Shown: positions 13,680 to 27,106, counted from the first letter of the stretch. The stretch: 64,000 nucleotides of DNA from Aplysia californica (GCF_000002075.1 NW_004797376.1:80912-144911); one strand, 5' to 3'. A program made the numbers and translations. Notes: generated from the sequence alone by a model not told the origin.

Positions 13680-14279
13680 CTGGGGACGAAGAAGAACGAG
13701 CAAGATAATAAAAAGCAATGTAATTTTCACAGAACGGAAATGTCTTATCAAATAATAGGCTGTTCATTCTCTGTGTCTGAAGCACTGGGGTGACAGTGGT
13801 AATATTTCGATTTCTTCGAAAATTGTTAGGTTAATAGCTTCACAGAAGGTAATCAATTGTTACAGGAACCAAGGACAACCTGCTAAAAAAGTGGATATAG
13901 ACTTTTGCAAATTTCGAAAGTTACGACCAGTTTGTTTCAATCGCTAATTAGCAACACTTTTTCTGGTATCAAATAAAAAATAAACTGGAGTGCACCCATG
14001 TATAGATTTTTTTATTTCAAAGAATTTCAGGTTAGTTACTTCTTCCTTCTGTTCTAAATGTGGTATTGTATTTGGTTTGAAAGTGAATTTACCCGGGCGC
14101 ACCCTTCGAGTTCCCCAAACCCCTAACATGTCAGTAGTCACAGAAAGTTGAAAAGGACTTCCGTGTGTGATTCAGAGGCTAAAGAGGCAATGCACTATGC
14201 TTTTGGTGTATTTTTGTTGTGGTTTGCTTGGTAAAAGTTGAGGTCCATGCCATGGGAGACTGATAGCGCGTGCACACAC

Positions 14280-14283
<4 letters not shown>

Positions 14284-14370
<87 letters not shown>

Positions 14371-14371
14371 G
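14284..14371. repeat. (GA)n + (GACA)n microsatellite
   Basis: Direct reading; further (GACA)n at 14714-14832. Confidence 0.95.
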
Positions 14372-14741
14372 AAAAAGTTTTTGAAATTCTCCTTTAGCTT
14401 TTGCCCATTAAATGACATAATGGTTTAGCATCATTTAGACGCTGGTGAAGGTTTTGCGATGCTCTGGCTCCGGTATCGGAAAAACTGCTCATGATGAGAT
14501 AATAAGAAACTATTAGAGTCTCACTCCGATTTCAATGCGCAATTCCCTCTAGTTAGTCTAGGTTATAATCAGACTCCGTCACATAGGCGTCATCTCCTCT
14601 CCTACCCCCCCCCNNNNNNNNNNNNNNNNNNNNNNNNNNNNNNNNNNNNNNNNNNNNNNNNNNNNNNNNNNNNNNNNNNNNNNNNNNNNNNNNNNNNNNN
14701 NNNNNNNNNNNNNCAGACAGACAGACAGACAGACAGACAGT

Positions 14742-14774
<33 letters not shown>

Positions 14775-16179
14775 GGACAGACAGACAAACGGACAGACAG
14801 ACAGACTGGCAGGCAGACTAATAGACAGACAGAAGAGGGGGGACGAAGAAGGGAAAGAGGGGGACATAAAAAGAGAGAGTGAGGGAGAGAAAGAGAAGAT
14901 GAGTGAAATTGAGACAATTGGAAACGACGACTTTCACACACAGCAGAGAGCAGAATAAATTGTGGAATTTCGTGTTAAGATTAAGGAGAGCACTCGACAC
15001 AGAATCAAGCGTCCTGATACCCATTTTTTGGCCACGGGAAAAGAATTTCGGTTGACAGGTATTATGCACAAAAAAGAGCTGGTCTAAGGAAGGGTAAGCA
15101 AGGACTAATGAGCCAAGCTGGTGTGGTGTACCAGGAAGTTGTACCTCATCTTGGTGGAAGAGGGAATTCTCAGAATCGATCCAACGGCTCGCTAGGGGTC
15201 TTTTTTTTTAATTTCATGTTTTTATGAAATTCAAAATTTTATTTTCTGTGTCCAGATCGACCCAATGTAGATACTTTAGGAGAACGGCTGCTTTGACCCT
15301 GCCTGTCAGAACCTACCCAGACCTTCTCCACTCGGAATTCGAACCCATTTCATCTATGTTGGACAGAGAAGAGCGTAGCTATTACGCCACACCCCCTGGT
15401 GCTCGGGCGCTGAATCCGTTTATGCATACAAGGTTGAGATTATACCTCATCATTTGGAAAGGGTTTTTGTTTCACAAAACCGTGTCTTCTGAATGCCCAG
15501 GCCTGATCTTCGGAAATCCATAGAGATAGACAAGGATTACGCGTCTCCGAGAGGCAAGCTGGGAGCCAAGAGTCGAATTAATCCAGCCTATACAAATCTA
15601 ACCTTGTTCGCCTGCTATTTTGGCGCTCTGAGAATCGCTACCGATAAAATTTTAGAACAGGCCTATAACCACGCGCTCTGCATTCACGTTAGGGATGCCA
15701 AGCTGCAGAATAAAAATAAAATATCTCAGGTGTCAATAGTTCAAAATAGGAAAGAAACGTGAAGCTCCATCGAGAAAGGTCGATGTGGAAGGGGGGGGTG
15801 CGTGTACGCATAGGTTTCCTAGGGGGGGGGGGGGGGGTTGGTCATGAAGAATGAATATGGCACCTGTTCTCTTGGTTCCTACATAGACAAAAATCTTTTT
15901 TTTTTTAACTGCTTCAAGGCGAGACTACAAGCATAACTGGAGAAGAGTAAACGGGGGTGGTTAAAATTAGAACATGGGTGAGGACCCTGAAGAGATGAGG
16001 TCAAAAACGTCTAACAGAATGTAAGAATTGGTGTTAGCGATACTGACGATAAAACATAAGCCTTGATGTTGGTTTAATAGGAATAGATGCTGAGCAGAAA
16101 AGGTTGTGCGACTTGATAAGACTTGAGGCTGTGATAACAAATCCCGACCACTGATTGCTTTTGTTGATAGATAATGAAC

Positions 16180-16310
16180 AGCTATGTATAGGCCAACCCT
16201 TCTAAACCTCTGAAAGCTGGAAAGTTACCAAAGACAGTGAAAATAAAGCAGAAGGAACAGAAATGTGGTTTCTCAGGAAGGCGACGTGGGCCCCTTACAA
16301 ACAAAAACCA
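16180..16310 (+). mobile_element. Decayed RTE-clade LINE internal fragment
   Basis: From 16212 reads ESWKVTKDSENKAEGTEMWFLRK, matching the post-RT ESW-x-l-T...EMWFLRR motif. Confidence 0.7.
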
Positions 16311-17005
16311 TTTGGAAGGAACATATTATACAGTTTCTGTGATAGGGAGTCGATATAAAGACCCTGAATATCTTTCTCTCACTGGTAAAAATTAACGGCA
16401 AACTAGGCAAGGGTAGACACAGAGCAGATTACTTTAGAAAGTCTGGTCAGGTGGTTGACGGGGGAAGACCGGGATAANNNNNNNNNNNNNNNNNNNNNNN
16501 NNNNNNNNNNNNNNNNNNNNNNNNNNNNNNNNNNNNNNNNNNNNNNNNNNNNNNNNNNNNNNNNNNNNNNNNNNNNNNNNNNNNNNNNNNNNNNNNNNNN
16601 NNNNNNNNNNNNNAAAGCAAAGAAATGAAGGGCAAATCTTAGTAGTAATCACTGTTGCGGATAGACGGTGATGATAATAATCAGTAATGCCTTAAAGTGT
16701 AATATTTTTACAGTTAAATAGCTGTCTTACAATTCAGTGTGTGTTGGGAATGTGACAGAGTTGACTGAGAAATTAAGCCCCTATCACTGCATATTTTCAC
16801 GTACGGTTCCCAGTGATTTACATTATCAAGATAAGTGGATAGAACATTTTTTTAAATTGTCGGCAAGCTGTTGAGAAGCCCATTTTAAAAGAATAATTTA
16901 AATATCCGTTTCTTAATCTGTGGTATCAGATGCATGTGCCCCAGAAATATATTGTCGAAATTATGGTTCTAATTGTCTGGAAAAAACAAGAAAAGCATTA
17001 CTTGT

Positions 17006-17210
17006 ATCATCATCATCATCATCATCATCATCCAGTGCCAGATCTGCGACAGACTTCGGCGATCATGGTTCTCCATTCATTCCTTAAAAATCTACGTTCC
17101 CCTGATCTTTCCCCTTTATCCATTTGTTTAGGGTCCCTACGTAGGTTACTCTGAGCCTACCCCTGCCCCGTTTGCTTTCAATTTTGCCAGTGAGAGCTAG
17201 ATGTTCAAGA
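17006..17210 (-). mobile_element. RTE-clade LINE, 5'-truncated 3' end with (GAT)n tail
   Basis: Minus strand translates LEHLALTGKIESKRGRGRLRVTYVGTLNKW, then EWRTMIAEVCRRSGT followed by (gat)n; this is the classic RTE ORF C-terminus. Confidence 0.85.
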
Positions 17211-17376
17211 CATTAATTGAATACGATCTTAAAAAGGAATGAGACAGTTTACTCTTACTCCCTAAAAACATTACTTTCTGGGATTTTAACGGTCGAACAG
17301 CTTGTCAACTATACAGAATGTTTTAAAATTCCATGTGTGGTTGTTCTTTGAAGTTTCAACCAGCAGAAAACCTCAC

Positions 17377-17573
17377 CTTGGTTTTTAAGATCGTAGGTGG
17401 GGTGACAAGATTGATGGGCGGTTTTGTATTCCTTTCATACACTTGCACCTCGAAAGTCTCCTCGTTCAGGACTTTCGTCTCCGGCCACACGAGCAGAACA
17501 TTCTGGAACGCTTCCGCCAGTTCCCGTTTTTTCTCGGCTTTTATATAACCAAGTTTTGCCGCCTCCTTTCCAG
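17377..17573 (-). CDS. Receptor GC-like gene, coding exon 5 (197 nt)
   Basis: ttctcctctctccag|CT GGA AAG...ACC AAG|gtgagg, phase 1 to 0. Translates TGKEAAKLGYIKAEKKRELAEAFQNVLLVWPETKVLNEETFEVQVYERNTKPPINLVTPPTILKTK, with the family-like eAF-x-x-VL and F-x-x-x-V-x(6)-PP motifs. Confidence 0.88.
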
Positions 17574-17703
17574 CTGGAGAGAGGAGAATCATAAGATATA
17601 GAATGAATTACGTTCATCAAAATATTTTTCCAAAAGATAAGATAGGATAAGATAAATCTTTATAATCAAAGTCCTAGCACCTTGGTTTGGCTTCTAAACA
17701 TCT

Positions 17704-17766
<63 letters not shown>

Positions 17767-18849
17767 ACACACACACACAAACACACACACAAACACACGC
17801 GTACACGTACACACATGTTAGAAAAACAGTGACGCAATCGTGGGTAATCTACAGGAACAGTACAGCTGCGGTGCAATGCCAGGGACAACGACAGGTTTGG
17901 GAAAAATAAAAGTTAGGCTACAAAGTGGCGTGGAAACAAAAATAGCTTTTCACATTATTAATAACACTTTGCATCAAAGACGTTTTCTTACTTAAACGAC
18001 AAATTTAAAAAGCCACAGAATGGATGACTGCTTAAATTACAGTTTCAGATGTTATCATTCATTATCTCCCTCCTCTCTCCTACCCCCCCCCCCCTCCCCA
18101 AGAAATCAAGAGAAAGCTGGCACTTCAGTTTTCGTTATTCGGTTTTTGTACAATTACTGAACTTCCTGAACCAGCGGTATCAGCTGCAGTTAAATGAGAG
18201 GCACAACATTTGATATCCACCCCCACCCCCAACCCCAACCCCCCACGAGACTGTCCAACTTCTTTTGGAATCGAACCCAAACTTCCACAAATCCTTTAAA
18301 GTAAGTTCATTTACCAACAGTGCCACGGTGGTCAGTTTAATTACCAAACCAGCCAGAGAGACCAAGAGCACAATATTACAACGGCCCTATCAGAGGCATC
18401 TTGTCAATATGGTATAAGTAGAAATTATGTTGCTTAATTGCTTTTTTGGTTGTTGGCTTTTTAAAATCTCACTAGGCAGCGTTTTCATTTCAAAATACAC
18501 GAGGGTGTTTCTAATGAAAATAGTGGGGAAATAAAGAAAACAATGGCGTTCAGGTTCGAATCCACGGCGTGCCATTCTTGGACATGGGTTGTTTTAAAGT
18601 TTTCACAGCAGATATAGGACACGACCTAGGTAGGACGCTCCACCTCACAAATTAATGGTCTGCATTAAAACCCTGACAATACCATTCTCTATTCTGATTA
18701 TTTTGTAACGTTCCCAACCTATCGAAACGTCCCTGAGAGGTTTGTCGTTGAACCGTTTAGCTGCTTGCTTAGGTTTTGGGTAACAACCATCAATGAACTG
18801 ACCACGAATTGTTGTGCGTTTGTTATAATCTCATCAAAGAGATAGCGCA

Positions 18850-18927
18850 GGGTGAGGGGTAGGGGTAGGGGTAGAGATAGGGGTCGGGGTTGGGGTAGGG
18901 TTAGGGGTAAGGGTAGGGGTAGGGTTA
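18850..18927 (+). repeat. (GGGGTA/GGGTTA)n G-rich hexamer array
   Basis: About 12 G3-G4 runs at 6-nt periodicity. Confidence 0.85.
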
Positions 18928-19588
18928 AGAGAGCAATATTTATCATTGGGCCCAAAACCGGACTATCAAGAAATATCATGTCACTCGGAAATGTAACGTA
19001 GTAAGATCGACTTTGACATTAACACTATAGAAAATTATACATGCATACTTATGACTTTCTGCTGAATCATTATGTAAGATTCTACTTGTATTGAGAAGTA
19101 AAAACCCGCAGTCTTTAATTCCTCAATGAAATGCCGTTCTACTACAGTTTGCTACAAGAATCATATTATGTTCTGTGCACCTTTTGTCTTTCTCTTATCC
19201 TTCTGTTCACAAGCAACAAATACTAATTTAGACACTTCCAGTGATTCCCCCATGCGTAGTTTATCCTTCTGTTGCTATTCGCATATTCCATCTTCGTTAT
19301 GAGGGTCCGGGGAAATATTATCTCCACCCGACAGGAACTATGATCCTTTCAGTTCCCAGATGAATGTGGCAGCTTCGATGCGATCTAGACTCGTAAAACG
19401 ACACCGTTTGTTCGCAATAACCAATGCAGTGCAACAAGACATTGACTGGCCGTTTTACAAAAGAGCATAAAGCTATAATGGCCCTCACAGCCAAGCAAGC
19501 ATTTTATTGGCACTTATCGAGATGGGGTTTCTCTTTTCTTCGGGGGCCAAAAGGGGCAGATGGATTTTGGAGTTATCTGTGGTGGCAC

Positions 19589-19661
<73 letters not shown>

Positions 19662-20303
19662 GGGGTGGGGGGGGGAGAATTAGTGAGCGAGAGAAAGATA
19701 AATAAGGAGTGAAGTAAGTACAATTTAGTTAATTCATTGGTACTGTTCATTACAACAGACTATATTAATGTATGTATTTTGTTGAGAATATGAAGCAAGT
19801 AGATGATTTGGCCACAAAGTACTGCTTGCAAAGAGTAAAAGTTACTGTTAGATGGTCTTCACTCTGAGAAGGGAGAAAAAGGGGGGGGGGGCAGAGAGAG
19901 AGAGAAAGAGAGACAGAGACAGAGACAGAGACAGAGACAGAGACAGATGGGGGGAGGGAGAAAATACACTGATGAACTTGATATCGCCCCATTTACATGT
20001 CCATGTAAATTTTCTCGCCTGAGATCAATGAAGGTACATTCATTCATTCATTCATTCATTCATCATTCACTTTTATTTAGGTGTGAGTGTATGTTTCGCG
20101 TTTCGAAGTTCAGGGGGCCCCCTTATGGGCTGTGTACTTTATATCCTTTTTACCATCTCATCATCATTAATGGATCCCAAAAGTGACTTCTTACGTGATC
20201 CCAGCAAAACCCGCTAAAATGTCTCGTGGATAATTTCACGCGTTCCGAAACATTGGGCCAGTTAGCTCAAGTTGCTGATTGGGGTCACTTCCTGAAGCAA
20301 CGA

Positions 20304-20483
20304 TATAAGGTAGAACTTGTCTAAGACGACTGACCATCTATTGTTGAGGAGATAAATGGTCACAAAGACAGAAGGTCCTCTGGCTTTATAATATAGAGTA
20401 AATAGCAAAAGGGGAGCTGAAAAGTGGTCGTTTGGACAGGTGATTGTCCTGGAAAGATGATCCTTAGAGTAGGTCCGACTATA
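20304..20483. mobile_element. Second, more decayed MITE of the same type
   Basis: gtagaacttgtctaagacgac ... gtggtcgtttggacaggtg ... ttagagtaggtccgactata; same length and termini as 12100-12281. Confidence 0.55.
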
Positions 20484-22086
20484 ATTGTTATGGAGCACAT
20501 CCGTAACTTCCAGTTTTGAACGAGGGTCCATTTTAGATTTTGATTGTCGTCATGATTGATAAAGGGACTGAATGTGTAACCACTGAATATTCTTCTGATC
20601 TGTTATGATCTTCGAACTGCCATGCCTCCAAAATGACAGAGGCCATCCATGATTGAAAACGGTGTCAGTGTTTTTGGCAAGGGCTGTTTTTTTTTTAAAA
20701 CTCTAAAACGGGGTTTGCAGATTTCAGACCGAATTCATTTTACTTGCATTGCAACATTGTATGCTAATCAAAAACACATGGTAAATATAAAGGTTTTATG
20801 TAACCTGACGACCAGATTTTCCTCCCCTCTCTGACAACAAAAATGCCCTCCAGAGACACTACATCCTCGGCTCTGTGCTTCAAACAAGGAAGACGAGTAA
20901 ATTGAAAGGACGGACGAATATTGTCTGAAATATATTAGACATAATGCCTTATCCTGCCTTTGAACCCATAAATCCTGGTATTTTATTCTACATTCCACTG
21001 AGGCGATGATATAATGAGTCTGCTTCAAATAACAAAAATGATGTACAGCTTGACAAAGGATGAGGATTTTGTCGCCAACAGTTTTATTTCCCCTGTACAT
21101 TTGGCGATATGCAAGAAGGAAAGACAACGCCTTCATAAATGTTAACTTTGTTTCCAAGCTTCCCGCGGGAATGAAGACTCGATGACAGGCACGGTTGCTG
21201 TCAGCCAGCGTTGCAACTGTTCATGTCTCAAACCACATTTGTAAGACGTTTCTCTTTGGATGATTCGGAAAAGATAATGAGGAATCGAAAAGAAGTTATG
21301 AATATTATTACAGTATATGCCATGCATAATGTCGTTTCCATAAATACTAGTTTCTTAGCCGTTGCAATGATGGGGCTCTTTTGGAAGTTTCACAGTTTGG
21401 ATTTCCTCCAGTTGTCACTTTGATCATCTTTTATAGCGCATTTCTTTTTGTGGGCGGGCATAAACAGAGTGACCATATNNNNNNNNNNNNNNNNNNNNNN
21501 NNNNNNNNNNNNNNNNNNNNNNNNNNNNNNNNNNNNNNNNNNNNNNNNNNNNNNNNNNNNNNNNNNNNNNNNNNNNNNNNNNNNNNNNNNNNNNNNNNNN
21601 NNNNNNNNNNNNNNNNNNNNNNNNNNNNNNNNNNNNNNNNNNNNNNNNNNNNNNNNNNNNNNNNNNNNNNNNNNNNNNNNNNNNNNTTTTTGTGCATGTG
21701 TGCGTTGGGGCGTGTTTTTGTTGCTTAGGGCACGCAAAATGTAAGAAATTGCTCAATTTAAAGCGGTTTTAGCAAGCTTATTTTACCTGGCTCCGAGTAA
21801 CTTTTTCATTGTCATTTTGTGATAGTGTGATAGTCTAGACCCATTTCGAGAATTTGCCACACCCCTACATCTCGGAGAAGTGGGTTCATTTCGTTGTTGT
21901 TTTCTTTTTGTTTGTTTGTTGTTGTTTTTTCTTTGGATTTCTTCATGCGGGGGGAGGGGGGGAGTCCCACTAATTTAAAAATTAGAATGACACTACCGGC
22001 CTACATTTAAAAATTACACATGGTGATACAGAGCAACAACAATATATGGTGTGTAGCCAAGCATGTCACTCGATCTGGACCGGAAA

Positions 22087-23084
22087 AGCCGGCCTCACAT
22101 AGAACATTTGGTGAAACAAGAAATGTGAAGTCTGAAACATGAAACGCCTGTGACAAAGAATGACAACAAAGATTTTAATGGCTGCCTGCACATAGGACGT
22201 GGCTTGAAAATTGTAACGTGAAATGTGTTTTAACACACGTTGAGGTGAAATGAACATGTTCATTTTTTGTGTGGCGTGTGGCCACAGACGAGGACTCAAG
22301 CAAGTCATGCTGGTGGCTTCCTTTGAAGTTTTCATTAGGCGGGTAACAAAACTGGGGTAACAAAATTTTGTGAAAATATGCTGTATATTCTGCACCAGTG
22401 CATCAAAGTTAGCAAAGTCTACGAGTATACGACTGGTTTTAAAGCTTAGTTCAAAAGAGTTTACATGTCGACACAAAGAGTCACCCAAATATAAATTTGG
22501 GGCCATCTATCCCAGCTCTCCATTGATCGCCGTATCACCAAGAAGTAAGCACAGGTCTATCAGAATGGACGATTATAGAAAAAGTAGTTAGTAATTGAGT
22601 TAGTACAATCCAAGCCAATGATATGGGACCCTACACATCGAGACTACAAAAACAGAGATCAGAGGACCCAATAGGTTGTAAAAATGGAAGCACCAGAGAT
22701 TTAAGTTCGTCGTGTGTCCAATACGACATTCTCAAATAATAATTATTGACAGAGTTCATCATCCCTCTTTTCCTTCAAGGGACAAATTGTGTATTCTCCT
22801 CTTGTATGTCTCAAACTCAAAAGGAAATGCTCTCGAGACCATAAGCTGCGCTTTCTTCTTTTTCTGCGCTTTCTCAGTAGAACTAAGATCATCAGTGTGT
22901 CTTCATCTGACGAGTACATTTTGTCAACTGAGCTATCGAGTTGGCCTACTACGGAATTGGTGTTTCTCATTTCGTACTTTACCACACGCCGGTCCTATGT
23001 GATTGCCTGATGTTTCTAGTTTCACGTTTCTTGCTTCAAGTTTCATATTACGCGTTTCACTAAACGTCCTTTGTGGGGCCGGCC
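22087..23084 (-). mobile_element. Internally deleted PIF/Harbinger DNA transposon with terminal inverted repeats
   Basis: ~60-bp imperfect TIRs: agccggcctcacatagaacatttggtgaaac... vs reverse-complemented ggccggccccacaaaggacgtttagtgaaac...; aaa flanks both ends (possible 3-bp TSD). Minus strand ~22919-22665 reads MYSSDEDTLMILVLLRKRRKRRKRSLWSREH...RGEY, then after a frameshift NNYLRMSYWTHDELKSLVLPFL, the typical N-terminus of Harbinger transposases. Confidence 0.8.
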
Positions 23085-23299
23085 AAAGAGGGTGGAGGGG
23101 AGGAGCAGTTCTTCACGCCAACTTGTCCTTTGTAATGGAGAAAAGCGCTGTATGTGCTTCCAACTTAATCTCGTTAATAGTAAATATCCTGAATCTGTTG
23201 CCCATTTTCAACTGTGAGAAACTTCAATATCTCAGAACAAACTGTCCAGCGTGCACAAATAGAAATTGCCTTCAGTTTAAATCGTAGAACCAGCACGTT

Positions 23300-23470
23300 G
23301 CACTGAAGACGCGTTCCCACTCATTTATTATCCCCTCTGAGAAAGGCAAGGTATGAGCAAAAAGGGGAAGAGAGCAGCCCACGCATATTTCTTGGGACAA
23401 CAAATCGTGGAACATGCATGGCGACATACGTTGGTATGTTGTAAAATTGTGTATTCGTTCTCGGTCCTTT
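23300..23470 (-). mobile_element. Second, separate Harbinger-transposase-like fragment
   Basis: DRERIHNFTTYQRMSPCMFHDLLS fits the F-x-x-Y-x-RM-x-x-x-x-F-x-x-LL motif; no TIRs identified. Confidence 0.45.
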
Positions 23471-24784
23471 ATATCGCTTACATTCGGACAAATTGTTGAG
23501 AGTACCAATATGACAGTAGTCGTGACAGGCAGCTCAAAAGATACAGATACATAGCAACAATTTGTAGTTTGTGGAATCCGACAAAAGCCGGGGTCAAAAC
23601 ATCAAAAATGTTGGACTCAACTTAAACCACGAACTCTACGCACTGCTAGTGACACATTGAGTATGAAGAAAACTGTTCCGTAAGCACTATTCTTTGAAAA
23701 CGTCGGTTTCACTATTTATGAAAACCTTTTGACAGTTATAAAAATCCGATAAAAGAAAAATAGATAGGTCTTTCTGAACGTATAATTACCATGACGATCG
23801 AAAACAATGCCTAGGTAAGAAAAAACAAGTATGAGTTAAGGGGAAACATTGTTTAGCGGCAATAAGTGGAATCGTGGTGTCAAGTCGACCAGGTGCTCAG
23901 ATAAAAGACAAAAAGATATATCAAAGAAGTATCATTAAAACGTAAATAATGGCCAGGGACAAGTTAGATGTGTTCTTTCATTGATTTAAACTGTGTTCAT
24001 ACGAAAAGGCACCCCACTCATGAGTCTGTATAATAGAACAATAAGCGTGTGTTTTATTGTCATACACACTTTCACAGGTGCACCCAAAGTGCTCTAGTGC
24101 ATACGCATAACAGACACAGAGAATGAGTCTGAGGGGAGGCATTATGAAAGATTTTGTGGCCTTCCTTTCCCTGTCACTATGCATTCCGGGTTTATATGGT
24201 ATCGGCAATGTTGTGCCTCTATTGTGTAACCTGTTGCAGCATCTATGAATACAAATAACTATCTAAACATTGTGATAGCCCTCCAGCATTCTTCTATTTG
24301 CAAATACGTTTTGTGTAAGAATTAAGTGTGCAACCTGAAAATATAACTGTTGGAATACGTTGGTATTCATGGCAGTAGAATGTAGGATGGAGGAAAAACC
24401 TCTCATTCATGTACTGAAACTGCGTGAAAGGCTTCACCATTATAATGTAGTCACATAACTTGATATTATCATGTTGTGTTTTGTTTTCTGTGCCTGTATT
24501 CTGGAATTCAGCCAGGAAAGGGGTTGGGACGAGTATCTTAACTTGGCATTATGCGTGAGGTTCTGGTTACAAGAAATATAAGGAAACAGAAAGAAATCAC
24601 CAGTCCTCTTCCTTACAGTTTAACGATAGCAAAGTTAGAAGTACCACCGAGGAAGTAGGGTATTTGACTTTTTTAGTTATCAAAATATTAAAGAAAGTAA
24701 TGTATATAGCTCATCGCTCTAGTTCAGCTCATTACATTTTAGTAAGAATGGGTGCATTTTTTTTTTATGCCTGGTGATACTCAC

Positions 24785-24928
24785 TCAGATAGAAATATTC
24801 GAGCTTGTAATCCACCTTTGAGTCGTCCACTGCAATGACCGCATATTGTCCCCTCTTGTCGACGAGAATCTCTCGCAGCTTACGAATGAACAGTAACAAG
24901 GACTCGTGAACACCAAGGAACACGTACA
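24785..24928 (-). CDS. Receptor GC-like gene, coding exon 4 (144 nt)
   Basis: tttttgctttttcag|TG TAC GTG TTC...TAT CTG A|gtgagt, phase 1 to 1. Translates VYVFLGVHESLLLFIRKLREILVDKRGQYAVIAVDDSKVDYKLEYFYL and contains the G-[EQ]-Y-x-v-I-x-vD motif of ANF-receptor domains. Confidence 0.9.
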   Translation of the reverse strand, partial: CTCSLVFTSPCYCSFVSCERFSSTRGDNMRSLQWTTQRWITSSNISI

Positions 24929-26889
24929 CTGAAAAAGCAAAAACACGAGGCATGTCAGTTAAAATATCGGACTACTTTTTCCTTTGTTTCTTTTGTTTTG
25001 CATTGGTCACTTTTTTATCCTTCAGGGTTTGTTGTTGTAGTTATTGTTGTTGTTGTTGTTGTTGTTGTTATTGTTGTTATTGTTGTTGCTGTTGTTGTTG
25101 CTGTTGTTGTTTTGTTTTTTAGACGATGTGAGCGTGGGGAGGGGGTATACCCTGGACTTTTTTTCCTGCAGAGAGGGTGGGGGGGGGGGGTAGGTATTAG
25201 GACAGATACCTTAACATTAAGTACTCTTTTCGCAGGCCTCTGAAAAAATTATCCGTCGTTTCTAAAGTATTGCTGGTACATTTACTTTCAATTCGTACTT
25301 GCAGGTAAAAGCCATGCCAAAAGACGTTTCAGGGCTAGGAAAACCCTCTCTAATTATAAAGAAAAAATGTGGTCATTATGTCCAGCTTGTAAGTACTTCT
25401 CTGGAGCATCTGAAGGGCTCACTTCTTAACTAAGATGTCCTCATTGTTTTTACTGTAAGTGACCCAGTTTTTGTCCTTTATTATTTATTGAACTTGACCT
25501 AATTTTGAAGCCTACACTACTAGTACCCTTTGATAAATACTCATCCCGTCTGCTTCCTCCTCTTCCTCCTCCGCCCTCCTCCTCCTCCTTCTTCCTAACC
25601 TCCCCCTCCTCCTCCTCCTCCTCTCTCTCTCTCTCTCTCTCATGCTATCTCAAACTGATTGCTGGAGAACTGGCAGGTTCTACATCTTTTCTCTCCGTAT
25701 GTCTCTCTGTCCGTCTTACTTAACCACTGTTTCCCACAATGACTGTCATTGTGTCGATATACTTCTCTGTGGGCCATATACTCAAACAAACAGTCGGTGA
25801 ATGATTTCAACGCATAACCCCACGTCTCCATCACTAATTCGTGCTTTGACTTAACCCCGCGTACTNNNNNNNNNNNNNNNNNNNNNNNNNNNNNNNNNNN
25901 NNNNNNNNNNNNNNNNNNNNNNNNNNNNNNNNNNNNNNNNNNNNNNNNNNNNNNNNNNNNNNNNNNNNNNNNNNNNNNNNNNNNNNNNNNNNNNNNNNNN
26001 NNNNNNNNNNNNNNNNNNNNNNNNNNNNNNNNNNNNNNNNNNNNNNNNNNNNNNNNNNNNNNNNNNNNNNNNNNNNNNNCCTCCTCCTACCCACCAGCTA
26101 GCCAACCTAATGCAAAAACAACCTCATAATTTGATTCCAGATTAAATATTCATACGGCCGGCCTGTGACATTCTAAACTCATAATTAGCCACACCCACGA
26201 CTAGGGTTCGAGGAAAACATAGATCTACGCTCACACCCAGCAAAGAAAACAGCGTCCCCAGAACACGTCTGTTTTCTCGCTGATTTTATCTTCCTTGACA
26301 GAGCTGGCTGGATGTTACCGTGAAGATGGATATTGATATCTCCTAGATTTGTAGCCTAATCCTGTTAGTCAAACCTTCATTTCTGACCTCGATTGCTTGG
26401 AACGGACCATGTATTCTGGCACTTGTGAGTGAGCCATTAGAAGGGCCATGTGGCCACGAAGAACCAAAAAAAACACTCAAACCTCTCCTGTACTTTGACG
26501 GAATAGTACTAGGAAGGATAGGTCTCATGATCTTCTAATTTCGATACAATGCTTTTAATCATTCGAGTTTTACTCAAATTTAACCAAAAGCAAATCATTT
26601 TACACAACACTGTGTAATATTTATCATTTCTTTTTTCTTATCATTGAAATGATAATTGAAATTCAAAAAACCTTGCACAACAGTTCTTGTAGATGCATCT
26701 ACTTAAGAGGACTAGATCTACCTAAAAGAACGGGCAAATCGAGACTTCAGGTTATTTTAACGGTCAGAAGAGATCTCTGATGTAACACATGATTCTCTTT
26801 GCGATAGCGCAACGGTAAGTTAGCGTTGATGGTAGCGTGTAAGCACATGTATATTGATGTGGACGCTCGCGTCCAAATGTACATGTGAA

Positions 26890-27033
26890 ATGTGTGCGTG
26901 TGTGTGTCTGTATGTGTGTGTGTGTGTGTGTACGTGTGTGAAGGGTGTGTGTGAGTATGTGTGTGTGCGTGTGTGTGCGCGTGTGTGGATATGCATGGGC
27001 GTGCGTGTGTATATATTCATGGGCGTGCGTGTG

Positions 27034-27068
<35 letters not shown>

Positions 27069-27070
27069 GT

Positions 27071-27106
<36 letters not shown>
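26890..27106. repeat. Long imperfect (GT)n microsatellite
   Basis: Direct reading. Other (CA/GT)n tracts at ~11520-11750, 17706-17800, 54146-54206, 56050-56128, 59323-59369 and 63781-63865. Confidence 0.95.

Noticed and set aside
22066-22506. 146-aa ORF as a host gene or Penelope fragment
   Set aside because: It lies almost entirely inside the Harbinger TIRs with no recognisable domain; resemblance to Penelope motifs is too weak.
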